Origin: a virus
Strand: one strand, 5' to 3'
DNA: 64,000 nucleotides
Virus genome (UHGV): UHGV-1366640
Translations under genes and position numbers: made by a program
Shown: in pieces, positions 38,655-48,290 of the stretch
How the letters are laid out: each line of letters starts with the position of its first letter
Numbering within the stretch: position 1 is the stretch's first letter
The notes under the pieces: generated by a model
Database searches by the model: none
The model's input: only the letters and a program-made list of their open reading frames with translations
Told to the model about the DNA's origin: nothing

Positions 38655-40395
38655 TAACAGCTTGATCAGTAATACAGAATACATGTCTCTTTGCAGAGAT
38701 TATTCATCTTTCATCAAATGGGCGATTTCAGCTGTTCAGAGTCAATCTGATAAATGGACAGACTTTTCAGTGCCAGAACCTGATACTCTCATGCTTTCAT
38801 TAATTGCAACAGGACTTGACTATGTTCAGTATATGATAGATCAAAAATATCTCAATACTGACCTTGATCTTTGTAGTGCACAATTCCTATCACAGCTATC
38901 TTCTTCGACAGGAAAGATATTGTCATTCAATTCTCCTGTTAAGATTCCAATTGTCATTACAAATCAATCAAATGAAGATTATGAACTTCCTGCTTATGCT
39001 GTAATGATCTCTGACAGAGAATTATATTCTACGATTGAGGATATCAAGGTTGCTCCAAAGTCTACATATGTTTCGTATCTTACAAGAGGGACGATACATC
39101 AAATTTTCATAGAAGAGGATCTTACACATCTTGGAGAATATATTATTTCAGGGAAAATCGAAACAGGAAGTCTTTCAATTGTAAGATCATCTTCAGAGAA
39201 TTCTACAATCCTCTATCCATGTGATGATATTCTCAGAGTTTTGCTCGGAGAGAATCAATACCAGATTTCATCGATCTCAGACGATCTTTGGTTACTCAAA
39301 GTCTCTCCTCCAAAGAACTTTACTGGAAAAGGTCTCCTACAAATACGATATACAGAGATTGATGATTTTGCATCATCAGGTGATCTCGAATTCTTACCAG
39401 TTGATCCATCTCTTGTAAATGAAAATGTTGTAATCAAGGTTCAATCACCTGTAAATGAGACATCAAGGATCTCATTGAATTCGAATAGACTTTCTTATCT
39501 TAATTCTCTTTTGGAAATTGATACTGTAAATAATTCGACTTCAGTATTGAATCTTGATAAGATGTCTTCAAAGATTGTAAAGTACATGATAGATGAATCA
39601 ACGAACAACACATTCTTTTCCGCGACTTCAGGTGATGATTTCAGATCTCTTGCATTATTCAAATATGTTGCGTCTGATAATCGTATTTTTGATGATTATC
39701 AACTATTGCCGAATTCAATTAGCATTTTGCAGGATAATTTGACAGATATGTGGTATCTCAAGATTCAAATGTTAAACAATCTCGATTTACCTCCGTATGA
39801 TCTCAAGATCATGTTTTCCTTGGCAGATGGTGTTGAACATATTGTTTATTCATATCTTTCAGCCAGATCAAATCCTTCTGAAATTAGAATAGACCTTCCA
39901 TGGGTTTCAAGTAGACCTTCTTTGACTTCTATGAAGATTTACTATGATGAACTAACAAATCCTTTAGATGAAAATCAAGGATTATGGTGCATTTATGAAG
40001 ATGAGAATACGATAATCTCCAAAACACCTGAAATTGATTATTTTCAGGATCATGTTTCATCATTGTCAAATCGGGCAAAAGTAAGAACTCTTTGCTTAAA
40101 ACCAAAGCATCTTCTTCTCTCTGGTACAATAACAATTGTTGATCAAAGACAGCATGATGTACTCACAGATGTGTATAATGTTGTTTCTTCATATCTGTCA
40201 AGTATCTCAGATTTGATCACAGATACTCATATTAATTATGTAAGATTACAATATGAAATTATCAATAATCTTTCATATATAAAAGATGTTAAGATTACAT
40301 CAGGTGGTATCTCATCAAGGCTACAAATTTCAAATTCTGAATATCTTGTATTTGATCCTTCTGATGTAAATTTCGTTATAAAAGTTCAAGTCTAA
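38632..40395 (+). CDS. baseplate J-like protein
   Basis: 587 aa, directly after the W-like gene and overlapping its stop. Confidence 0.45.
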   Translation: MYPMAQSNNSLISNTEYMSLCRDYSSFIKWAISAVQSQSDKWTDFSVPEPDTLMLSLIATGLDYVQYMIDQKYLNTDLDLCSAQFLSQLSSSTGKILSFNSPVKIPIVITNQSNEDYELPAYAVMISDRELYSTIEDIKVAPKSTYVSYLTRGTIHQIFIEEDLTHLGEYIISGKIETGSLSIVRSSSENSTILYPCDDILRVLLGENQYQISSISDDLWLLKVSPPKNFTGKGLLQIRYTEIDDFASSGDLEFLPVDPSLVNENVVIKVQSPVNETSRISLNSNRLSYLNSLLEIDTVNNSTSVLNLDKMSSKIVKYMIDESTNNTFFSATSGDDFRSLALFKYVASDNRIFDDYQLLPNSISILQDNLTDMWYLKIQMLNNLDLPPYDLKIMFSLADGVEHIVYSYLSARSNPSEIRIDLPWVSSRPSLTSMKIYYDELTNPLDENQGLWCIYEDENTIISKTPEIDYFQDHVSSLSNRAKVRTLCLKPKHLLLSGTITIVDQRQHDVLTDVYNVVSSYLSSISDLITDTHINYVRLQYEIINNLSYIKDVKITSGGISSRLQISNSEYLVFDPSDVNFVIKVQV

Positions 40396-40422
40396 TCTCC
40401 ATGAGAAAGGAGTGATTTTCAA

Positions 40423-40980
40423 TTGGCAGATAAGATCCTTAATTTATCAGATTCTGCTACAATTAATGATGATAATCATTCTATTGGAGATTCATCATTA
40501 ATTTCAGGATTTGCATCAATGATTCCTGAGGATTTTCAAATCAATGAATATTGGAAAACATTGTGTAAAATTAATTCTGATACGAATGCCGAAACAGTTT
40601 CAATTGGAAATCTTATTGATAATGTATATAACATCAAACTTGAAGATCAACGAACAATTGAAAATCTTGCAAAGAAATATGGAATTCTATTTCCTGAGAA
40701 TTACACAGATCCAGAGAAGTGTTTTCTGCTGAAATATTTTCCATATTTTGCTAAGATCAAGGGAACAGATAGAGTTTTTGATATTCTGACAATCCTTGAG
40801 AATTCAGAATATTCTTTCTATCAAAACCCACAGAAGCGGGATTACTCAATTTCATTCGTATCTAACGGTTATTATCAAATTCATTGTTCTTCACTCTCTG
40901 AAGAGAATTTGAAATTTTGTCAAGACATAATCAATAAGCTCATTCCAATTGGAACTTGTTATGAATTGCGAAGAGACTAA
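40423..40980 (+). CDS. baseplate gpI-like protein
   Basis: 185 aa, position after the J-like gene. Confidence 0.35.
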   Translation: MADKILNLSDSATINDDNHSIGDSSLISGFASMIPEDFQINEYWKTLCKINSDTNAETVSIGNLIDNVYNIKLEDQRTIENLAKKYGILFPENYTDPEKCFLLKYFPYFAKIKGTDRVFDILTILENSEYSFYQNPQKRDYSISFVSNGYYQIHCSSLSEENLKFCQDIINKLIPIGTCYELRRD

Positions 40981-40998
40981 GAAGGAGGTGCTGCAAAG

Positions 40999-43002
40999 TT
41001 GACATCTTATGAAAAAGAAGTCATACAGAGATTTCAAGGACTTGTGCCAACATATCAAGGAGATTTCAAGGATAATGATACTACAGCTCTTCTTCTTGCA
41101 ATGATCGCTAAGACAAAAGAGTTGGGTGTTCTTTATACAGATTATTATCTCTCACAATTATATTCAGAAGATTCGTATCTTAACAACAAATTGTTTGGAT
41201 ATTCTAATCTTAAGATTAATCCGAGAGTGTTGAAGGTTTCGTGTTCAATGTATGTTGATACGATTTCTCCTGAGGAAGTTCTTGTACCTATAAAAAAGTT
41301 CACATCTTTTACAGATGAATATGACCAAGAGTATCTCCTCTTAGACTCGATCGTTGTGAGTAACTTTGGTACGATTGGTTCGTTGTCGTTGATAGAAGGA
41401 CATCTCCAAGAGTTGACCGTTTTGAGTAGTATGATTACAACTACGAGTCAGCCATATATTCTTGGTATTGAGAATATCATCCCAGATGTTGGGAAACTTG
41501 TAATTGATGATGTTGAATATCAAAATTCTTTATCATTAGCAAAATATTCTGATACAGAATTGGCTTATGGAATTGACATTCTTAAAGATGGCAGATATCA
41601 ATTGATCTTCTCAAAAGAGTTGCTCAAACATGTCCATGATTATTCAAGGATAACATTGTCATGTATAACACTTGATGAGTCTTATGATCAATTTGAAATT
41701 TTCTCATTGCAGACAGATCCAATTATATACAACAATCAAGAATATAATATTAGAATTGATCAGGTTCTGATGTCATCGTTTAACAATTATTTTATTGATA
41801 AGAGTCACACTCTTGATTTTGAAACAAATGTCAGTGATGAAGACTATCAGACAAATGTTGATCTTACAGAGAATATTCTTATGTCAAAGATCTATGATAT
41901 TAAGGACATAGTCACAGGATCCATTATCGAACTTGATCCTGAGAACCCTGAGATTGATTTATATTCAGAAGATCGAAAATCACCTCTTCCATTCTACTCA
42001 ATCGTTGCAATAGCAGCGTCTTCAAACTGGACAAGAATTGTTAAGCAGCAGATTATGAATCAGATTTCAAGAGGTCTTATTTCAAAAGAACTATTGTTGG
42101 ATTATGGATCTTTCAAGGAAGTAAGCCCTGATAATGGATCATCAGTGAATCCTGATTTCAGACCGTATATGCTTCCTGAGATTGTTAACTCAAACAATAA
42201 CAGAGATTTTGATTATGAGAATGAAGGATCATTCCCAGGATATAATATGCCAGATGTTGTTTTTCAGGTTATTCCTGCAAAATACATACCAATAGATATT
42301 ACCATTTTTGCAGAATTATCCCAAACTGTTTCTAATGAAGATCTTGTAAATCTGTATCTTCGGTTGATTGATAATATTAAATCTTTCTTTAAGATTTCAT
42401 CATCTAACGAAAATATTGATTTTAACATGGAAATAACAAAAGATCAAATTCTTAATGTATTGTATCAGTCTGACATGATTCTTGAAGCAAGAATAAAGGA
42501 TTTTGTTTATTATAGAAATTCTGAGAAAAGTGAATCTGTTGATTCAATTCAGCTTTCTCCATTAGAACTGCCTGTTCTTGGAAAGTTGAATCTTAATCTA
42601 CAATATTTATTTAAGAGTGACGAAGATTATCTTCAAATCTCAGATTTAATGGAACTTACAAGTGCTAAGATGTCGTTGTTTGAAAATCTTAATGTCACTG
42701 ATGATCTTTCAAGATTGAAATTATCACTTGACGACGAATTCCTCATTTCTGATGAATTAGAATTTATCCCTGAACTCATAAAGAAGACAAATCTCAATAT
42801 TATATACAATTATGTATTTGCTGCACAAGAAACATCTGATTCTCTCATTGACTTCTCTGGAACCGGATCTACTGTTGTAAGAAGGACGATTGACAAATCT
42901 CCGATAATAGACAGTGCTTCATATTCAGACGATAAGACTCTTGAGGATAATGGTATTGTCCTTGATTATAAATATCCGTATGATGAGAAATATGATTTCT
43001 AA
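40999..43002 (+). CDS. tail fibre protein
   Basis: 667 aa, after baseplate genes; TTG start after SD GAAGGAGGTG. Confidence 0.4.
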   Translation: MTSYEKEVIQRFQGLVPTYQGDFKDNDTTALLLAMIAKTKELGVLYTDYYLSQLYSEDSYLNNKLFGYSNLKINPRVLKVSCSMYVDTISPEEVLVPIKKFTSFTDEYDQEYLLLDSIVVSNFGTIGSLSLIEGHLQELTVLSSMITTTSQPYILGIENIIPDVGKLVIDDVEYQNSLSLAKYSDTELAYGIDILKDGRYQLIFSKELLKHVHDYSRITLSCITLDESYDQFEIFSLQTDPIIYNNQEYNIRIDQVLMSSFNNYFIDKSHTLDFETNVSDEDYQTNVDLTENILMSKIYDIKDIVTGSIIELDPENPEIDLYSEDRKSPLPFYSIVAIAASSNWTRIVKQQIMNQISRGLISKELLLDYGSFKEVSPDNGSSVNPDFRPYMLPEIVNSNNNRDFDYENEGSFPGYNMPDVVFQVIPAKYIPIDITIFAELSQTVSNEDLVNLYLRLIDNIKSFFKISSSNENIDFNMEITKDQILNVLYQSDMILEARIKDFVYYRNSEKSESVDSIQLSPLELPVLGKLNLNLQYLFKSDEDYLQISDLMELTSAKMSLFENLNVTDDLSRLKLSLDDEFLISDELEFIPELIKKTNLNIIYNYVFAAQETSDSLIDFSGTGSTVVRRTIDKSPIIDSASYSDDKTLEDNGIVLDYKYPYDEKYDF

Positions 43003-43016
43003 ATGGAGGTAGATCT

Positions 43017-43451
43017 ATGGTATATACAGATTCAAATTTTGATATAGAAGTTGCAAAAGCAATGTATGACAAACTACAAGCTCAGGCAGAAGCTGGTACA
43101 TTATATATGACTTTTGGAGTTGGATCATCCAGTTGGGACACACTTGACCCTGATTCTCCTCCGAAGGACTCAGATCATTCAGAATTTAAGAGAGTAAAAG
43201 TTGCAAAATCAAACATCTATTATGTGGCTTCTCCTTCAGACTCTGAACCATCTTCTCAACCAACAAAATATATTCAGGTTCTTGGTATTATTACAGCAGA
43301 AGATTCAGCCTTGGTAATCAGAGAAGAGACATTAAGGATTGATGCTTCTTCAACTCCATCTTCTGGTGCTGTGCTCTTGGCTTGTAGACATGGAGCGGTT
43401 AATCTTGCTCTGTCAAATGAATATCTTAAATATTTAACATTTTCTATATAA
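43017..43451 (+). CDS. hypothetical (fibre-associated)
   Basis: 144-aa ORF. Confidence 0.35.
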   Translation: MVYTDSNFDIEVAKAMYDKLQAQAEAGTLYMTFGVGSSSWDTLDPDSPPKDSDHSEFKRVKVAKSNIYYVASPSDSEPSSQPTKYIQVLGIITAEDSALVIREETLRIDASSTPSSGAVLLACRHGAVNLALSNEYLKYLTFSI

Positions 43452-43463
43452 GGAGGATTTTCA

Positions 43464-43988
43464 ATGAATAGTAATATTGGATGGACTACAAAGGAATTCA
43501 AAATCAACAAATATGATTCTGAACACAATTTGGTAGATACATATATCTCTCATGGAAATACAATAACATCAAATGGTCTGTTTCTAATTTGGAATCTTGT
43601 TATGGGGAACTCACAGGCAAGACCTCTCACAGCATCAAATGTCTATATTGGAATTGGTACTCAAGCAGATTCTGATTTATATAAGAATGCTTCATATAAG
43701 AAGGCAGATTCTGTTGCGATGTTAAGTTCTGCTGGTATTTCTTCAACGACAAATCCGGATAATGGTCAATTGAAGATCACAGCTACATTTGGTTCAAATG
43801 ATGCAGTTGGAGATTGGAATAGTTGGGGTATCTTCAATGGAGACCCGACTTCTCAGACAGCAGATCCTACCTCAGTTGGAGATGTTATTCTCATCAACAG
43901 AAAGAGCCAAGCAATGGGCGCAAAAGGATTGAATGCAACATGGGAAGTAGAAATCACTTTGTCTCTTTCTAATGTAACAACTGTATAA
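43464..43988 (+). CDS. hypothetical (fibre-associated)
   Basis: 174-aa ORF after SD AAGGAGGA. Confidence 0.35.
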   Translation: MNSNIGWTTKEFKINKYDSEHNLVDTYISHGNTITSNGLFLIWNLVMGNSQARPLTASNVYIGIGTQADSDLYKNASYKKADSVAMLSSAGISSTTNPDNGQLKITATFGSNDAVGDWNSWGIFNGDPTSQTADPTSVGDVILINRKSQAMGAKGLNATWEVEITLSLSNVTTV

Positions 43989-44013
43989 TTTTCTTTCACA
44001 AGGAGATGATGTT

Positions 44014-45432
44014 TTGAGCACAAAGAACATTTTGCAACAAGCAAAATCTCAATATACAGGATCAAAATCCATATTTAATGATAAGGATGTCTATTCAGCA
44101 CTTGATACAACAGCTGTGACTCAATTGGGAAATGTATCTCTTGACGAATCTCAGAATTTTGTAAATATCTTAATGAGCTTCTTTTCAAACTCTGTAACAG
44201 ATTCCGAAAAACAATATCCGTTATGTATTCCGTTTGGATCAACTGAAGGCGATCCATCTATTATGTCAAGATCTGCTGCTAAACCTCCTGTTCTTATAGA
44301 AGGAGAATCCTCTGATGAAATCTCAGGATTTGACATGAGCTCAAGGATTCGTACTAATACAATTGAAGGAGATTCATATAAGTATAACGATTTTTCTATT
44401 AAGATGGTTTGCCCGAGAGACAATGTTTATATTGAAAACAAAACAACTGGTCAAGATTTCTCTGATCATGTAATGAGAATTTCCTTGGGTAGTGGATCAT
44501 CATTAGATAGATCAAATCCAGAGTTCTATTCTTATTCAACAACAAGATATAATCTTCTCATAGGAGCTTTTTCTGTACAAAATGATTGTCCAGTCTTAGG
44601 AAAACATCTTCTTACATATTTTAATAAGAGATTCCAATCTGGTACAGTAATTGGTACAGGTCAGCTGATTCATCTTGATGATGATAGTCCATTCTTAGAT
44701 TATATTCTCAAGACAGGAAAGAAGATCAGAGATGTTTTAACGAATGATCATTTATTTCAAATTAGCACAAGTCCGACACAACAGCCAGCCTTGGTTGGTG
44801 TTTGCAAGGATTCGGATGATGTAATTTGGTTTGAATACATTGATCCATCTACACTAACGGGGGATTCTATTGAATTTAACCGAATGAAGCCTGTTTCGAA
44901 TGTCAGTGGATCTCAGCAATATACTCTTGCACATCAGTATCGAATGGATTCTGGTTATGAAACTGTATATGATGGCATAAGTTTGAATTTCTTCTTACCT
45001 ATATTTAATTTTGGAATGACCTATCCCACTCCTCTTCCAAAATCAATTCTTTCATATAATGATTCAGCTGAATATGAAGCTTTTTGGTCTTATGAAATTC
45101 CAACCAGTTCTTCATATACGAATTGGCTGTCAGAATTTCAGAATCAAAAGATTAAGTCTATTGCTTTACAAATTCAGCCAGCATCTGGTTCAAGTACATC
45201 TGGTTTTGAAATGTTCTATGCAGGAGATTATGATGTAAAGTACGATACAGATAAGAATCAAATAGATCTTGTTTTTCCACTACAGTTGGTTGCAGGAGAT
45301 CAAATTGTTGCTTTTCAGATTACATTCAATAATGATGATGATGTAGAAATAGTTGAAGTGGATTGGACTGCTGGAACAGGAGTTAAATCTGTGAAGTGGT
45401 CATTGAACTTGTTTCCAGTGACAGGAGGTTGA
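44014..45432 (+). CDS. tail fibre / receptor-binding candidate
   Basis: 472 aa, TTG start after SD AAGGAGATGA. Confidence 0.35.
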   Translation: MSTKNILQQAKSQYTGSKSIFNDKDVYSALDTTAVTQLGNVSLDESQNFVNILMSFFSNSVTDSEKQYPLCIPFGSTEGDPSIMSRSAAKPPVLIEGESSDEISGFDMSSRIRTNTIEGDSYKYNDFSIKMVCPRDNVYIENKTTGQDFSDHVMRISLGSGSSLDRSNPEFYSYSTTRYNLLIGAFSVQNDCPVLGKHLLTYFNKRFQSGTVIGTGQLIHLDDDSPFLDYILKTGKKIRDVLTNDHLFQISTSPTQQPALVGVCKDSDDVIWFEYIDPSTLTGDSIEFNRMKPVSNVSGSQQYTLAHQYRMDSGYETVYDGISLNFFLPIFNFGMTYPTPLPKSILSYNDSAEYEAFWSYEIPTSSSYTNWLSEFQNQKIKSIALQIQPASGSSTSGFEMFYAGDYDVKYDTDKNQIDLVFPLQLVAGDQIVAFQITFNNDDDVEIVEVDWTAGTGVKSVKWSLNLFPVTGG

Positions 45433-45539
45433 TTTTATGCAGTTTTTCACAGGAGAAGAAATTAATCTCATACAGGATATTATCATTATTGATTCAAATT
45501 CTTTTGAAGATATCTTTCTTGTAGAGGAGGTCCAAATCA

Positions 45540-45908
45540 ATGACATCAGCGAATAAATCAGAATTATATCCAGTAACAATAAAGATCGTGCCAAATACGG
45601 ATCTTAAATCTTCAGATTTTAAGATTGTCGTAGATCCAAATGCAAGTCAAGCAGACCTTAATGATGTTTCCACAGTAGAAGTCTACAATACACGAGGAGG
45701 TCGACTTATGAATCAATCTCCTAATTGTTTTGTAGATAATGATAATTTGATTCTTGGATTTCTTTGGGATACAACAGAGGATATCTATAGTGTGCAGGAA
45801 TATTATCTTTTCATGTTCAATGCAGTCATTGAATATCAAGGAACATTATTTAGAGTTCATAAGACTGTTACGATATTTCTCAAACCAAATGATGTTTTAA
45901 TTATGTAG
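45540..45908 (+). CDS. hypothetical protein
   Basis: 122 aa, no transmembrane segment. Confidence 0.35.
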   Translation: MTSANKSELYPVTIKIVPNTDLKSSDFKIVVDPNASQADLNDVSTVEVYNTRGGRLMNQSPNCFVDNDNLILGFLWDTTEDIYSVQEYYLFMFNAVIEYQGTLFRVHKTVTIFLKPNDVLIM

Positions 45909-45927
45909 AAAGGAGGTGAGTATCTTA

Positions 45928-46752
45928 ATGAAGGACGTATCTAAAATTACAACAAAAGTTGCAACAACGACATCTTTTCCACCATCAATCTCTCAAAATC
46001 TTACATCAGTAAATTTTACAGAGATGAAATACAAGATCAATAAATATATTGTTATTCATTATACAGCGAATAATGGAGATACAGCAAAGGGAAATACAGA
46101 TTATTTTAAGTCAAAAGACCGAGGTAGCAGTGCTAATTATTTCGTTGACGAGTACTCCCCAATTTGGCAATGCGTTGAAGATAGCCAGATGAGTTGGGCA
46201 GTTGGTGATGGTGGTAGTCATCCAAAGATACCATGTTATAATTACAATTCAATCAATATTGAACTTTGTAGTAGAATTGATTCAAATGGGAATTATTACT
46301 TCATGCAGAGGACAATAGAGAATGCTGCATGGTTAACATTGAAATTAATGAATAAATATGGAATTCCCTTAAAAAATGTTGTTAGACATTATGATGTTTC
46401 TGGCAAACTCTGTCCAAGACCATTTTTGTCAGATTCTGCTTGGAATGCGTTCAAAGATCTTATTATATCTTTTGGGAAGAATGGAGATGAATTAACAGTG
46501 ACACAGTATGAAGAACTGAAAAATAAAATTGAGGAGCAAAACAAGGAACTTGATGAACTCAAACGAAAGTTGGCTACTTATCAGTACATAGATGATAATT
46601 CTGCCAAGATTTCACCTGATGCGAATGAAGCTCTTAGTGCAGCAGTCAAAGCTGGAATTCTTGCATATTCAAATGAGGGTTTTGTTCCAGGTCTTACAAA
46701 AGACATGATCCGTATGATCATCTATATGTATCGTCTTGGATTCATAAAATAA
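45928..46752 (+). CDS. endolysin, N-acetylmuramoyl-L-alanine amidase (amidase_2/PGRP-type)
   Basis: IVIHYTANNG ... NYFVDEY ... RHYDVSGKLCPRPF (His/His/Cys Zn ligands). C-terminal coiled coil plus binding-like domain. ATG 45928 after AGGAGGTGAG. Confidence 0.6.
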   Translation: MKDVSKITTKVATTTSFPPSISQNLTSVNFTEMKYKINKYIVIHYTANNGDTAKGNTDYFKSKDRGSSANYFVDEYSPIWQCVEDSQMSWAVGDGGSHPKIPCYNYNSINIELCSRIDSNGNYYFMQRTIENAAWLTLKLMNKYGIPLKNVVRHYDVSGKLCPRPFLSDSAWNAFKDLIISFGKNGDELTVTQYEELKNKIEEQNKELDELKRKLATYQYIDDNSAKISPDANEALSAAVKAGILAYSNEGFVPGLTKDMIRMIIYMYRLGFIK

Positions 46753-46808
46753 CGAAAAGTTAGCAAAACGGCGAAAAACGGCGTATTTATGCGATATATT
46801 TAGAAAAC

Positions 46809-46853
46809 AATAGCTGATTTACCTTAGATTAGGGTAGATCAGCTATTTTAAGG
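46809..46853 (+). terminator. hairpin AATAGCTGAT...ATCAGCTATT followed by TTTTAAGG
   Basis: 10-bp perfect stem, 19-nt loop, T-run; sits after the endolysin gene. Confidence 0.45.
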
Positions 46854-46864
46854 TTTTATCAAAC

Positions 46865-46893
46865 TTTACATTTGACTCTAAAAGTAGTATAAT
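46865..46893 (+). promoter_or_regulatory. sigma-A type promoter TTTACA-N17-TATAAT
   Basis: Counted by hand: -35 TTTACA 46865-46870, 17-nt spacer, -10 TATAAT 46888-46893. Lies upstream of the sigma-factor gene. Confidence 0.5.
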
Positions 46894-46963
46894 AGTATTG
46901 TAAGTTAAGGGTACTCAAAACCCTTCAAAAATATTATTTTAGAGATCGAAAGGAATTTGAATT

Positions 46964-47608
46964 ATGAACATTTCATTTGAGAACATGGTAAATGTACTTG
47001 AGGATGCAAGAAAATCAGACAAGCTGTTAGAAAACTATGAAATATCAAAGTATGATAACATCTTAAGAGGTGTTGCTAAGAAATACGGAAAAACATTTTG
47101 TTGTGATGAAGATGAAATTTATTCTGAACTTTGTTTGAAGATCCTGAAGCTTGGTCGTGCCAATGGTTGGGAAAATCTTAATTCTAATTTGGTAGCGAAA
47201 ATCGCTTATAATCGTGCAGTAGATATTTATCGTAAAAATCGAAGAGAGTGGGATAGAAATCATACAGTATCTTCTATAGATGAAGTTGATCCTAATTCAA
47301 TTAATTCTTCACTCTATTCCAAACTCGGTAATTCATCAGAAGCTGATATCTCAGTTCTGTGTTCACAAATACTTGAAAGATATCCTCGTGGTTCAAGAGA
47401 GGAAATGTATCTTATAATCAAGCTTGTAGATAATGGAGTTCTCCCTGAGTCTGTTGCAGTTGCTCGAGGTATTCAAATGCCTGAAAAGGTTACAAATGAA
47501 TCTATAGCTCGATTGATGGGGTTCAAATCAAAAGCTCCTGCATCATTCTGTGGAATGATACATAACTTGAGAAATGAACTGTATGAAATGATGTACAAAG
47601 AAGTCTAA
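46964..47608 (+). CDS. phage-encoded ECF-like sigma factor
   Basis: Region 2-like LVAKIAYNRAVDIYRKNRRE (ECF consensus L..IA.N.a.D.lR..rr); C-terminal HTH-like ESIARLMGF...NLRNEL. Confidence 0.5.
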   Translation: MNISFENMVNVLEDARKSDKLLENYEISKYDNILRGVAKKYGKTFCCDEDEIYSELCLKILKLGRANGWENLNSNLVAKIAYNRAVDIYRKNRREWDRNHTVSSIDEVDPNSINSSLYSKLGNSSEADISVLCSQILERYPRGSREEMYLIIKLVDNGVLPESVAVARGIQMPEKVTNESIARLMGFKSKAPASFCGMIHNLRNELYEMMYKEV

Positions 47609-47643
47609 TAAATTATCTTATTTGAAAGGATTTAGTGATCATT

Positions 47644-47883
47644 ATGAAATTAATATTAAAAATTGTTACATTCATCAGTTTTCTTATTCTTATTGGCAGA
47701 GGTGGATATGCTGATCTTGGTTTGTCTAATACAGCTCATCTCATTGGTACTCTTAAAATTATTTTCATTCTCATAGGATGTCTTATTGGTCTCTTTATGA
47801 TCCATGTTAAGGAACTTCATCGTAAAGAACAGCGTGAAAGAGATACAGCTGTACTTGAAGCTTGGATCAAGTCATTTCAATAA
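47644..47883 (+). CDS. holin candidate
   Basis: ~80 aa, two hydrophobic helices and a highly charged C-terminus (KELHRKEQRERD). Confidence 0.4.
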   Translation: MKLILKIVTFISFLILIGRGGYADLGLSNTAHLIGTLKIIFILIGCLIGLFMIHVKELHRKEQRERDTAVLEAWIKSFQ

Positions 47884-47895
47884 AATTCTTAGTAA

Positions 47896-47930
47896 AGAGT
47901 TCTCCATTTCGGAGAGCTCTTTTACTTTAT
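47896..47930 (+). terminator. rho-independent terminator AGAGTTCTCC-ATTTC-GGAGAGCTCT-TTTT
   Basis: 9/10 bp stem followed by a T-tract. Confidence 0.5.
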
Positions 47931-47937
47931 AAAACTT

Positions 47938-48056
47938 ATGAGACCTCTCAAGACCTCTTCTCGAGCGTTCAGCGACTCTCAGATTAAAGAAAGACCCTCA
48001 GGTAGTATAAGTATACCTTTTAGTCACTTTTTAGTTTACAGCGCTTCTGAGAGCCT
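47938..48056. repeat. structured intergenic repeat, copy C (degenerate)
   Basis: Homologous to copy B across ~115 nt: GACCTCTTCTCG ... CAGATTAAAGAA ... GGTAGTATAAGTATACC ... CTTCTGAGAGC. Stem complementarity is partly lost. Confidence 0.6.
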
Positions 48057-48165
48057 TCTGCTGATCTACCATCAAATTCAGAAGATTCTAAGAGTGATCT
48101 CCACCATCACAGAAAATATTTTCATAAAATTTTTATAAATTTTTGGAGTCGTCCTGAGAATCTCA

Positions 48166-48183
48166 GCGTTTATATTTGGGGAA
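48166..48183 (+). promoter_or_regulatory. GCGTTTATATTTGG promoter-like motif upstream of the topoisomerase operon
   Basis: Matches the -10-like half of the recurring motif. Confidence 0.35.
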
Positions 48184-48290
48184 GGGGTAAAGGACTATCA
48201 TCCCGCAGCTGAAACAGTTGAAACAATGAAGAGTTGAAACAAACAAAACAAACAGCAAACAATGAAGAAAGGAGATCAGTAGAAAACAAA

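Noticed and set aside
40999-45432. Tail fibre genes screened for a diversity-generating retroelement
   Set aside because: There is no reverse-transcriptase ORF anywhere in the window, and I noticed no template/variable repeat pair with A-specific mismatches.
48205-48260. Direct repeats GTTGAAACAA considered as a mini CRISPR array or iterons
   Set aside because: There are only 2-3 short, unevenly spaced copies with no spacer structure and no cas genes. A 5' UTR regulatory role is more plausible; I reported it as a low-interest finding instead.
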